Assembly (NCBI RefSeq): GCF_032444005.1
Contig: NC_091288.1
Span: 205,530,001 to 205,594,000, forward strand
Reading direction: 5' to 3'
Length of the DNA stretch: 64,000 bases
Source: Ranitomeya imitator
Lineage: Eukaryota
The translations under genes were made by a program, and so were the position numbers. Positions 27,101 through 50,661 of the stretch are shown here, piece after piece (the stretch's first letter is position 1; each line of letters starts with the position of its first letter). Under the pieces are notes generated by a model, which searched no databases, was not told the DNA's origin, and saw only the letters and a program-made list of their open reading frames with translations.

Positions 27101-28263
27101 GTGTATTGTAAATCTTTTTTTTTTTTTTTCTTCCATAAAGGGATGTGCCCAACTCAGAAGGTGGCGGCATGTCTCTACGGCTTCCTGATCGTGGAGGTCT
27201 GATGCCTCCCCCTAAATCCCGAGAGTAAAGGAGTCGCCGTACTGCACGTCTTAAAGGGGTTATCTGAGACTATAATTTTTTTTTTACTCCAGGCTTAAGA
27301 ACGAACAGGCTGATAGTTGCTACCTACATGCCTGTTGTGCCCGACTCCGATCTCTGCTCAGAGTGGTCAGCGATCGCTCCTGCCACGATTCGGCCGCTTC
27401 CGCTGATGTCACGTCCGCAGAGCAGCGGCTTCTCTTCTGCTCTGTTGAGGTGTTACTGCTGATTAACAGTCCACTGCCTATCTGCGGGGAGCCGGCTGTC
27501 AATCAGCATGATGTTGGCAATCTCACCCCATCAACAGAGCTGAAGAGAGGTCGCTGCTCTGTCAACGTGACTTCAGCGGAAGCGGCTGTATAGATTGCAG
27601 GAGTGGTCGCTGCTAACTCTGAGCCGGCGTCAGGTACAACAGGCAGGTAATTTGCAACCAGTGTTTAGGCCCATAGTAAAAAAAGAAATTTCTTGGACAA
27701 GCCCTTTAAGGATTTTTCTGTTCCCAGCTACCAAGCGAAGGGGGTTATCTGCAGCTCCCCTCATAGTGGGGTGGCCATAAGCACCATTGTACAGGATTAG
27801 TGGGGGTCTTAGAGGTCGGGCAGCCTGTGATCATACGTGATGGCAACTTGCTATTACTAAAGTGGGAAGACTTTTAAAGGGGTTGTCATGTGAAATCAGT
27901 GGACCGGCTGTGTAATTTGGAGACGGGATGGGTCCTCCAGATAGAGACAGAGTTGCGTTCTGAAGCTGCTCTTGTTCCATGAAGCCGTCTCTATTTCCTC
28001 ACATTATATAATCCTGAATAACTTGCCTTTGTTTCGGATTTAGGTTCCTGGAAGGTGACGTGAAGAAACAAAGAGCAGCGGCCATCTTGTCCTGTGGAAG
28101 CATCGCACTCTGGGATTTATCCAGAAGCCATTGCTCTGCTGTGCTCCCTCCCGACGGAGATACACCCTGGTGCCTGGTACGATGGGGTAACGGGTCTTCA
28201 TGGCTACTTGCCGGACGAAAGGATAAAAGCGTCTGCGTTTATGAGCACACAGACTGCGGATGA
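15119..28263 (+). CDS. PALB2: Partner and localizer of BRCA2, spliced gene, 1247 aa from ATG 15119
   Basis: Exons 15119-15166, 17645-17704, 17956-18070, 18790-20226, 22287-23302, 23378-23458, 23583-23747, 23833-23918, 24151-24312, 24779-24895, 25218-25305, 26932-27080, 28044-28263 (3744 nt, phases consistent). Has the N-terminal coiled coil [21 protein letters not shown], ChAM motif [20 protein letters not shown]15-binding [13 protein letters not shown], and a C-terminal WD40 ending FLEGDVK...VYEHTDCG*. Confidence 0.96.
15764..16928. mobile_element. TTAA-flanked T2/Kolobok-type MITE
   Basis: TTAA|AGGGAAGGTGCC...GGTACCTTCCCT|TTAA. Confidence 0.8.
15973..16170. mobile_element. Harbinger-like near-perfect hairpin MITE nested in the T2 element
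   Basis: TTA duplications; about 95 bp arms GGCCGGGATCACACATTTCGCGAGATACGGCCGAGTCTCGCAGG. Confidence 0.85.
17645..17704 (+). CDS. PALB2: PALB2 coiled-coil exon
   Basis: [20 protein letters not shown], 60 nt, AG/GT. Confidence 0.95.
17956..18070 (+). CDS. PALB2: PALB2 exon
   Basis: [27 protein letters not shown]..., AG/GT. Confidence 0.93.
18790..20226 (+). CDS. PALB2: PALB2 large exon with ChAM motif
   Basis: Includes ORF 18858-20273; [28 protein letters not shown]; phase 1 at both ends. Confidence 0.95.
20271..22160. repeat. 86/81 bp satellite array in PALB2 intron 4
   Basis: Unit GAATAGTGAGTGCAGCTCTGGAGTATAATACAGGATGTAACTCAGGATCAGTAATG(TAATG)TATGTACACAGTGACTGCACCAGCA, about 22 copies. 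Confidence 0.97.
22287..23302 (+). CDS. PALB2: PALB2 exon with MRG15-binding motif
   Basis: [19 protein letters not shown]; only phase-compatible acceptor is ccgaag at 22286; donor gtaagt at 23303. Confidence 0.9.
23378..28263 (+). CDS. PALB2: PALB2 WD40 exons (23378-23458, 23583-23747, 23833-23918, 24151-24312, 24779-24895, 25218-25305, 26932-27080, 28044-28263)
   Basis: Exon sizes 81/165/86/162/117/88/149/220 closely follow the recalled human structure; motifs [46 protein letters not shown]. Confidence 0.95.
26273..26610 (-). mobile_element. Possible solo LTR
   Basis: Minus strand begins TGTGACA and contains a TATTTAAG box; TSD not recognised. Confidence 0.3.
27255..27705. mobile_element. 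T2-type palindromic MITE
   Basis: TTAA|AGGGGTT...AGCCCT|TTAA with internal palindrome. Confidence 0.75.
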
Positions 28264-28638
28264 CAAGCTTCACGTCTCAGACCCCTTTTGCACTACGCAG
28301 AGATTTCTGCTACACTGGGGCCTTTACATTCGGTAACATTGTCAGATTTCCTTTGGACAGGTTTGACATTCTACAGCAAACAACCTTTGTTGGTTACAAA
28401 ACTACAATCCCCATCATGTTCTGGCCCGGTGGGAGCTGTAGAGCAGCTAGAGATCCACACGTTGTAGACCGATGCCCTATATTTCATTATGGAAGGCAGT
28501 GATGAGACGTCTCCAGTGTCACCTATTCACTGTTATCTGTGATGGATAAGAACATCTACACTGGACTTACCCTTTAAGAAATTTTCTTAGGACTTGTTGA
28601 TCCTTAGTTGAATCTAGGGCACAATCACCGTCTATTAA

Positions 28639-28932
28639 AGGGATCCTGCATCATTGAAAATAGTATCTGGCCTGCTGACATGAGGATACAGAGTATGAGC
28701 TGGACAGATTGATAGACATTTTTCAGCTTCATTTATTGAAATCCCCAGTTTGTCTGTATGAGTCCAATGGGTGGTCCTATAGCTGTCAAGCACCAAGTAG
28801 GACCGCCCACTGGACTCCTATGCAAACAGCTGGGAATTAAATGAATAAAACACATTATTTTCCAACAAATCTTTATGTCATTATGCACAGCTTATGCAGA
28901 TTGGATGGCATGTATAACATGGCAGGTTCCCT
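28639..28932. mobile_element. T2-type MITE downstream of the PALB2 stop
   Basis: TTAA|AGGGATCCTGC...GCAGGTTCCCT|TTAA. Confidence 0.75.
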
Positions 28933-29899
28933 TTAAATCGTGTAAAGGAGGTCTAAATACTCTCTTTGGTCACGAGGAAGAGACCGATATTGATCTTGAT
29001 AAGTGACTGGCACACAGAACTGCTGCCCCTGCTCCGTGCCAGTGATCTATGGCATGGGGTACTGTATGGGCAAAAAACATCGGCATTAAACAACGTATTC
29101 TGGTTCTGCAGATGCCGATAATACAATAGAGGGGTTATCCAGTAATGATAACTTATCACGTATCCAACTTATAGATCCGCAGCTCTCGGAAAACAGGGCA
29201 CTTTTATCCCCAATTAAATTGTGGGCAGGTTGCGTGAACGACCTTTGCTCCATTCATTCCCTATGGTGCTGCCTAGTACGGCGCTCGGAGTTTTTACGGC
29301 CGCCCCATAGAGAACGAATGGAGCCGCTGTCAGGCGTGTGCACTGCCATCCATTCCTGCAGGGTAACGAGCTCTTTGCAGGAGAGGCTTCAGCGCTCTAC
29401 TTCTGCCTCTTCAGTAATAGCCCCAAATCTGCCAACTGCCTCTGCTACTGTCAGATCTGGACCTGTGGAGGGGGATACCGCCAGGAGCCCCACTGGAGAT
29501 GCCCTTTACATTTTCCTATTGCTCCCCTCTTAATTTATCACAGTCTGTTATGGCAATGTGTCACACATTTTCCAAGCAATTCTCTGATAAGTTAACATTT
29601 TATTAAAAGAGCACTAAGCATTTTCATCACATTTACTTACATTGTATGTAAAAAAAAAAAAAAAAGTTTAAATGTATATTTGGATGTTGGTGTAAAAGTC
29701 GCTTTTTTTCTACTGTTGTGCTACACACTGTTCTTTTATAATAAAATTAAGGATGTAAAGTGGATTAGTCTGTTCTGGGCCTGTGTCTAATCTACATCCC
29801 CTCTCAGCATCTGTTCATATACCTTGGCACAGGTACCATAAGTGCACGTGTTGAGGTTGCATGTTTATTGCCCTAAAAGACAATCTTCAGGGTACATTA

Positions 29900-30577
29900 C
29901 GTAGCGCCGGCGTCCCTGCATGCTTCCCTTCCCCCTCTGCAGGGACGCCGACTCACTCACTCACCATTCCGCACATCCTCCTCCTGCTGCCTGGGGTCTG
30001 CACAAGGCCTGCAGATCCCCGGGCACTGTGCTTAGGGCGCTCTCCCTCCTTCTTGCTACCTGAAGTTCTGTCCTTTTTAAAAGGATAGCGCACGCTGTCC
30101 TAAAGTTTTCCCAGTTAATGGCTGGTAGACACTTATTATTTAAGGCACCTCCACCTGATGGGAGGTGCCTGAACAATGTTTTCACTTTGTTAGTTGCATG
30201 CTTGCTAGTTCTCAGGTCCCCTGTTGTAGTTTATCTTCCACTGTCTGTACCTGCACTTGTCGTGTCCACCTGTATACCAGCCTGTAAACCAGCCGTATCT
30301 GCCTGCACCTGCCTGTATTTGAGCCCTCCCTGCCAGCACCTGCTGCTCTTGTGTTCCTGCCGTGCCTGCCTGTACCAGCTGAACTTTCCCTTATAGGCCG
30401 CTCCAGCTTCCTGGCCCTTGGGGGTCAGCCTCTGTGCGTCCGTGGTCTGTCCTGGAGTAGCACCTGGTGTCCATCTGTAGCCAGGTCTAACTCTACCATC
30501 AGGGGCTCTAGGAAAGAGTCAGATGTTCACCTAGTTTTGCCCCTCCAGGCTCTCCTCGGACCACCGCCCATTGCATC
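29900..30577. mobile_element. Possible solo LTR
   Basis: LTR-like composition, GTAGCGCC start, ..CATCA end, TATTTAAGG box; TSD not recognised. Confidence 0.3.
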
Positions 30578-31049
30578 ACCCACTCCCGATACACATTGCT
30601 GTCAATTGGGGGTACGTAACTTTGCCATTTTAATTTTTATTTCATAAATCAACAGTTCACATGAAAATAAGTAACTTCGTAATATATCTTATCAGAGAAA
30701 TTGGCTTTTTTCTCTGGCAGAATTGATCATTGTAAAAATTCTCAATTTTTTCATATCAGTCTATGTCCTGGAACTGTCCACATGCTTCTGATCTTTTCAA
30801 GTGAGTGGTTTTAGAATTGAACCAGCACTATAGGTGCTAGAACTTATCCTCACTTCCCAGTACTTCTCTATAGTCTGAATTCTGGCCTCTCTGTTTTGCC
30901 TGTGTGCAGTTTGATTTGACAGGAGAGCAAGAGCCGAGTCAAAGACAATCCGCCACTTCCTATAAAGCGATACAGACCTGCATCCACTTCCTGTAAAAAG
31001 ACCTGCCTCCGATTAGTGTAAAAATACCTGACCCTACCTACTGTTGATA

Positions 31050-34046
31050 AAGTACCGCCCCCACTTACTGTTGACGAGAAAGTACTATCCCTTCTTGCTG
31101 CAGGAAGACAAAGACCTGCCCTTTCTTACTGCAGAAACAAAAAGACATGCCCCTGCTTACTGCAGAAAGATAAAGACCTGCCCCTGCTTACTGCAGAAAG
31201 ATAAAGACCTGCCCCTTCTTACTGCAGAAAGATAAAGACCTGCCCCTTCTTACTGCAGAAAGATAAAGACCTGCCCCTGCTTCCTGCAGAAAGATAAAGA
31301 CCTGCCCCTGCTTACTGCAGAAAGATAAAGACCTGCCCCTGCTTACTGCTGACAGATAAAGACCTGCTTACTGCAGAAAGATAAAGACCTGCCCCTGCTT
31401 ACTGCAGAAAGATAAAGACCTGCCCCTTCTTACTGCAGAAAGATAAAGACCTGCCCCTGCTTACTGCAGAAAGATAAAGACCTGCCCTTGCTTACTGCAG
31501 AAAGATAAAGACCTGCCCCTGCTTACTGCAGAAAGATAAATACCTGCCCCTGCTTACTGCAGAAAGATAAAGACCTGCCCCTTCTTACTGCAAAAAGATA
31601 AAGACCTGCCCCTTCTTACTGCAGAAAGATAAAGACCTGCCCCTGCTTACTGCAGAAAGATAAAGACCTGCCCCTTCTTACTGCAGAAAGATAAAGACCT
31701 GTCCCTCCTTACTGCAGAAAGATAAAGACCTGCCCCTGCTTACTGCAGAAAGATAAAGACCTGCCCCTTCTTACTGGAGAAAGATAAAGACCTGCCCCTT
31801 CTTACTGCAGAAAGATAAAGACCTGCCCCTGCTTACTGCAGAAAGATAAAGACCTGCCCCTTCTTACTGCAGAAAGATAAAGACCTGTCCCTCCTTACTG
31901 CAGAAAGATAAAGACCTGCCCCTTCTTACTGCAGAAAGATAAAGACCTGCCCCTTCTTACTGCAGAAAGCTAAAGACCTGCCCCTGCTTACTGCAGAAAG
32001 ATAAAGACCTGCCCCTTCTTACTGCAGAAAGATAAAGACCTGCCCCTTCTTACTGCAGAAAGATAAAGACCTGCCCCTGCTTACTGCTGACAGATAAAGA
32101 CCTGCCCCTGCTTACTGCAGAAAGATAAAGACCTGCCCCTGCTTACTGCTGAAAGATAAATACCTGCCCCTGCTTACTGAAGAAAGATAAAGACCTGCCC
32201 CTTAGTGCAGAAAGATAAATACCTGCCCCTTCTTACTGCAGAAAGATAAAGACCTGCCCCTGCTTACTGCAGAAAGATAAAGACCTGCCCCTTCTTACTG
32301 TAGAAAGATAAAGACTGCCCCTGCTTACTGCAGAAAGATAAAGACCTGCCCCTGCTCACTGTAGAAAGATAAAGACCTGCCCCTTCTTACTGCAGAAAGA
32401 TAAAGACCTGCCCCTGCTTACTGCAGAAAGATAAAGACCTGCCCCCGCTTACTGCAGAAAGATAAAGACCTGCCCCCACTTACTGCAGAAAGATAAAGAC
32501 CTGCCCCCGCTTACTGCAGAAAGATAAAGACCTGTCCCCGCTTACTGCAGAAAGATAAAGACCTGTCCCTGCTTACTGCAGAAAGATAAAGACCTGCCCC
32601 TGTTTACTGCAGAAAGATAAAGACCTGTCCCCGCTTACTGCAGAAAGATAAAGACCTGCCCCTGCTTACTGCAGAAAGATAAAGACCCGCTGACTGCAGA
32701 AATAGACCTGCCCCTGCTTACTGCTGAAAGATAAAGACCTGCCCCTGCTTACTGCTGAAAGATAAAGACCTGCCCCTGCTTACTGTTGAAAGATAGACCT
32801 GCCCCTGCTTACTGCAGAAAGATAAAGACCTGCCCGTTTACTGCTGAAAGAAAAAGACCTGCCCCTGCTTACTGCTGAAAGATAAAGACCTGCCCCTGCT
32901 TACTGCAGAAAGATAAAGACCTATCCCTGCTTACTGCAGAAAGATTACCTGCCCGTTTACTGCAGAAATATAGACCTGCCCCTGCTTACTGCAGAAAGAT
33001 AAAGACCTGCCCCTGCTTACTGCTGAAAGATAAAGACCTGCCCCTGCTTACTGCAGAAAGATAAAGACCTATCCCTGCTTACTGCAGAAAGATTACCTGC
33101 CCCTGTTGACTGCAGAAATATAGACCTGCCCCCGCTTACTGCCGAAAGATAAAGACCTGCCCCTGCTTACTGCAGAAAGATAAAGACCTGCCCCTGCTTA
33201 CTGCAGAAAGATAAAGACCTGCCCCTGCTTACTGCAGAAAGATAAAGACCTGCCCCTGCTTACTGCAGAAAGATAAAGACCTGCCCCTGCTTACTGCAGA
33301 AAGATAAAGATCCGCCCCTGCTTACTGCAGAAAGATAAAGACCTGCCCCTGCTTACTGCAGAAAAATAAAGACCTGCCCCTGCTTACTGCAGAAAGATAA
33401 AGACCTGCCCCTGCTTACTGCAGAAAGATAAAGACCTGCCCCTGCTTACTGCAGAAAGATAAAGACCTGCCCCTGCTTACTGCAGAAAGATAAAGACCTG
33501 CCCCTGCTTACTGCAGAAAGATAAAGATCCGCCCCTGCTTACTGCAGAAAGATAAAGACCTGCCCCTGCTTACTGCAGAAAAATAAAGACCTGCCCCTGC
33601 TTACTGCAGAAAGATAAAGACCTGCCCCTGCTTACTGCAGAAAGATAAAGACCTGCCCCTGCTTACTGCAGAAAGATAAAGACCTGCCCCTGCTTACTGC
33701 AGAAAGATAAAGACCTGCCCCTGCTTACTGCAGAAAGATAAAGACCTGCCCCTGCTTACTGCAGAAAGATAAAGACCTGCCCCTGCTTACTGCAGAAAGA
33801 TAAAGACCTGCCCCTGCTTACTGCAGAAAGATAAAGACCTGCCCCTGCTTACTGCAGAAAGATAAAGACCTGCCCCTGCTTACTGCAGAAAGATAAAGAC
33901 CTGCCCCCGCTTACTGCAGAAAGATAAAGACCTGCCCCTGCTTACTGCAGAAAGATAAAGATCCGCCCCTGCTTACTGCAGAAAGATAAAGACCTGCCCC
34001 TGCTTACTGCAGAAAGATAAAGATCCGCCCCTGCTTACTGCAGAAA
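31050..34046. repeat. 31 bp minisatellite GCAGAAAGATAAAGACCTGCCCCTGCTTACT, about 95 copies
   Basis: Period 31 visible directly; right third nearly homogeneous. Confidence 0.98.
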
Positions 34047-35170
34047 AACAGATGCGCTGCCTATAATCTGTATCAATGTCTTTGTTACTAGAGGGAGATT
34101 TCACTGGACAAAGTGCTGCAGACGGCAAGTTACACAGAAGAGATAGCCTTCGTGGCGGGTACTTTGGAGAGATTTTTCAGGGCAACATAACCTAAATGGG
34201 TTTGCAGAAAGCAAAAAAAAAGCTTTATTGTTTGTTTTTGCAACAATCTAATGTTTACCTCCCCGCCCCAGGTCTAGTGGCTGAGTCTCCACCGCTGCCT
34301 CCGGAGTGTACTTGTCTGCTGATGTCCCGTTGGCAGCGCTGCCGCCAATTAATGAGCTCTGAACCGCTTGTGGTGCCAACTTGGGCAGAGCCGCTGAGTT
34401 ATTGGACTGGTGTCCGACTTTGGAGACCTTTTTTTTTGCAATTGGGTCCTGAAACGGTTGTACGGTTTTGCTTTTACAGGCTCCTTGTTTTCACTTATGA
34501 TTTTGGTTTACACGCTCAAAATAGAAAGCTAAAAGTTATAAACTCTCCTATTGGATGGTTAGGACGAGCTCACTGACCGATCCTCAGTTCACTCATTCTG
34601 CAGCCAGCAATGGACAGTGCAAAACATATCATAAAACACCAATACAAAAGTGATTTTCAGCCCACACTACACGTATTTTAGTGAAGAAGACTAATGATAC
34701 CCCCTTTAATATGTGAAATGAGAAAAATATAAAACCATGATGTCTAAGCATGCAACGCCCCCAACATGGTGTGAAGGATGTGCTAGACGACACAATGTCA
34801 GGAGTGTGTATAGCTGCGCCAGCTGTGACTGACGAGCCATGTGACCGCCTCAATCATGACACCCCGTGACCTTTCTCTCCGTCCTCATTGGGTGTACCAT
34901 AATGGCACCGGATGTATAAAGTGGGTGTAGCAAGATGGCGGAGCAGCTCCCGCCTCAGACGTAGAATTCCGTCTCCTGCCCGTGAATGTGAACGGAGATA
35001 ACTAATAACAGTCACAGCCTAGCGAGAAATCTGATTATAACGTCTGGCGCCGCGGCCCATCTATCTTCTTCCGGTCTCGTCTCTATGGTTACAGGCGCTC
35101 TAGCACGCCTGCCGGAAGTCACTCCGTCCCTCTTCGCGCCGCGGTGCAGTGTGGGTAGCGGCTGTCAGCC

Positions 35171-48449
<13,279 letters not shown>

Positions 48450-48677
48450 AGTGCGTGTGTCCGTTCCTCCGTTCATTGTAAGTATCGCCGCGATCCTGCA
48501 GATCTCGTACTAATCCAACAGCCAGAAAAATCACTAATCTTCAGATCTGTGCAAATCTTCTTCCTGCCCTTTACGGCTTTGCTCCTGTAAAAGGCGCATG
48601 GACGTCCAGTTTGGCCAATAAATGACTTTCTCTCTTTACACCTATACTAAAAATAAAATATAAATTAGATGACCAGG

Positions 48678-50253
48678 TCATAAAATGTCAGTTTCAGGAC
48701 AAGCTGAGGTTCGGTTCTTCACTTTGGAGACGCTGGCTCTTGGCTTTGATTCCTCATCGCCGGGTATTGAGCTTCCGCTGACACTTGCCCTGTGCGTGAG
48801 CAAAGTCAGAATTACAATGAGGGTTTTTTTCATTGATTTTTCTCCTTTTTTTGTCAAGTGTTCCATTTTGGCATTCAGTCTTAAGTTGCTCCCCCCCTTC
48901 CCATTTAATTGGGTGAGGATTTTTTTTAGTTTTTGCTAAAAATCTTAAATCCTGCCAGGACTTAAAGGGGCAGTCCGGCTCCACGTCTGCATCGGGACCT
49001 GAGCGACCACTTTTACACATATTTGCCCCATCGTATCTACTAATATCGGGTAGCGTGCACCTGCTCGGCAGAATACCTGCCTTTCTTGAACGCGGCCTGG
49101 TTGATGTTTGTGGACATGACCTCTTAATACAGAATTGAGAGGAGCAAGAATAACCCATTAATGACCATTTATCCCTCCAAAATGAAGGCTTGTGTAACTG
49201 AGCTGTCTGACGACAAACTAGATTTGCACCGTGACTACTGAGAAGAGGAAGGGAGCAGCATAATAGAGTTTGCACCATATTTACGCCATCTGCTGCTTAT
49301 CAAGCCGACTTTAAGTGACTCATTAAGGGTTTAAGATGGTGTCTTACTGTAGGTCTGGGGCAAGCCGTATTGCTTTTGCACTGGGCACCTCTTGAGAATA
49401 ATTTTGGTCAGCAGCGGCTTTCCTCCAGTATGCATTGCTGAGATCTTCATCCTCACCGGTCTTTTCCTATATTACAGTTGGTAAATGTTCTCATCATTGT
49501 GTTTCTCTCCTGCAGGTAGCTGGGCTGGGCGTGCTGTCACCTTGCCTGCATGCTGTGGCTGTAGCACCGTGGCTGCCGTCACCAATACTTCCAGGATCCT
49601 GTATTTAAAATGTCAGAATGTGTTGGCCTTTAATAAATGTAAAAGAGAAAAAAACCCAAACCACTTTACTGTCCATCTGTCATTACCGCAGGCCATATTT
49701 CAAATAAAGTTTGTGACATAAAATGAAGTTCCATCTCATGCACCTTCGTCTTACAGACCATCACGCGGAGGGGCTAATGATCCGACACACAAACTGTAGC
49801 TGCCGATGTATCAGACTTGGATCACTACAGAACCGGAGAATCTGCTTTAATAGAACCACTGAGTTTCCATGTGTTGTAAATATAAAAAAAAATTCTTAGG
49901 CCCATTTTACAAGTTCAGCAATCGTGGTCCAAGTACAGACCCCCGGAACTTCTGACCACAATTCTACAGTCTCATAGGCATAGATGTTGAGTTCGTGTCA
50001 GGAGACACTTAGGCCGTGAATGTCAGATGTGTGAAAGGACTTTTGGGCTTAGTTCTAGTATAGCCTGGTCTCTACCATAAAATAGATGGTATTTATATTA
50101 ATGGCAAAATTATGTCCAACACTTATGAAATGATGGCAAAGGGAGTAAGCTTGAGTGGTCCCTATAAGCGGAGGATGGGAGTAGTGCACCGGCTCACCGA
50201 CTGATTTTGAGATGCACATTATATTTATGTTCAAGAATTGGAAAAATCAAACG
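48678..50253 (-). other. Candidate 3' exons of an unidentified antisense gene (50198-50253, 49348-49466, 49077-49122, 48678-48789)
   Basis: GT-AG sites, phase-consistent open reading; no homology recognised. Confidence 0.3.
49516..49720 (+). other. NDUFAB1: Probable NDUFAB1 non-coding terminal exon (3'UTR)
   Basis: Donor-like gtgcgt at 48451 just after the stop; strong acceptor gtttctctcctgcag at 49515; AATAAA at 49632 and 49703. Confidence 0.6.
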
Positions 50254-50272
50254 CTAAGGAAGACGATACTAA

Positions 50273-50661
50273 GGCTGCGTGTCCACGTTCAGGATGGCCG
50301 GCGGTATCGTCGGAGCGGCAAACCTGCTCTGCGGTAAGCCCCGCCCTCTTTCTGGGACGCGATGATGCCGGATGTGTTCATAGCACACATCCGGGATCAT
50401 TGCTCCCCCACCATAGGGCCCTGTGCTATATCTTGCGGCGACGCAGCGTCGCCGCAAGGTATACGGACATGCTGCGATCTGAAAAGACGTGCAGCATGTC
50501 CGGAGTCGCAGGGCCGCCGCGTGCGTGTTACCACGCATAGTGGAGACGGGATTTCATTAAATCCCCTCCACTATGCTGTAACATCTGGACGCTGCGTGTC
50601 TGACGCTGCGGCTCTATGCAGCGTCAGACACGCAGCGTTTCCTGCACGTGGAAACATTCCC
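50273..50661. mobile_element. PIF/Harbinger-like MITE built from nested mini-hairpins (relative at about 39990-40290)
   Basis: TAA duplications; GGCTGCGTGTCCACG...CGTGGAAACATTCCC. Confidence 0.75.

Noticed and set aside
34936-34965. ATG upstream of NDUFAB1 (MAEQLPPQT*)
   Set aside because: Nine codons only; better explained as part of a YY1-type AAGATGGCGG promoter motif.
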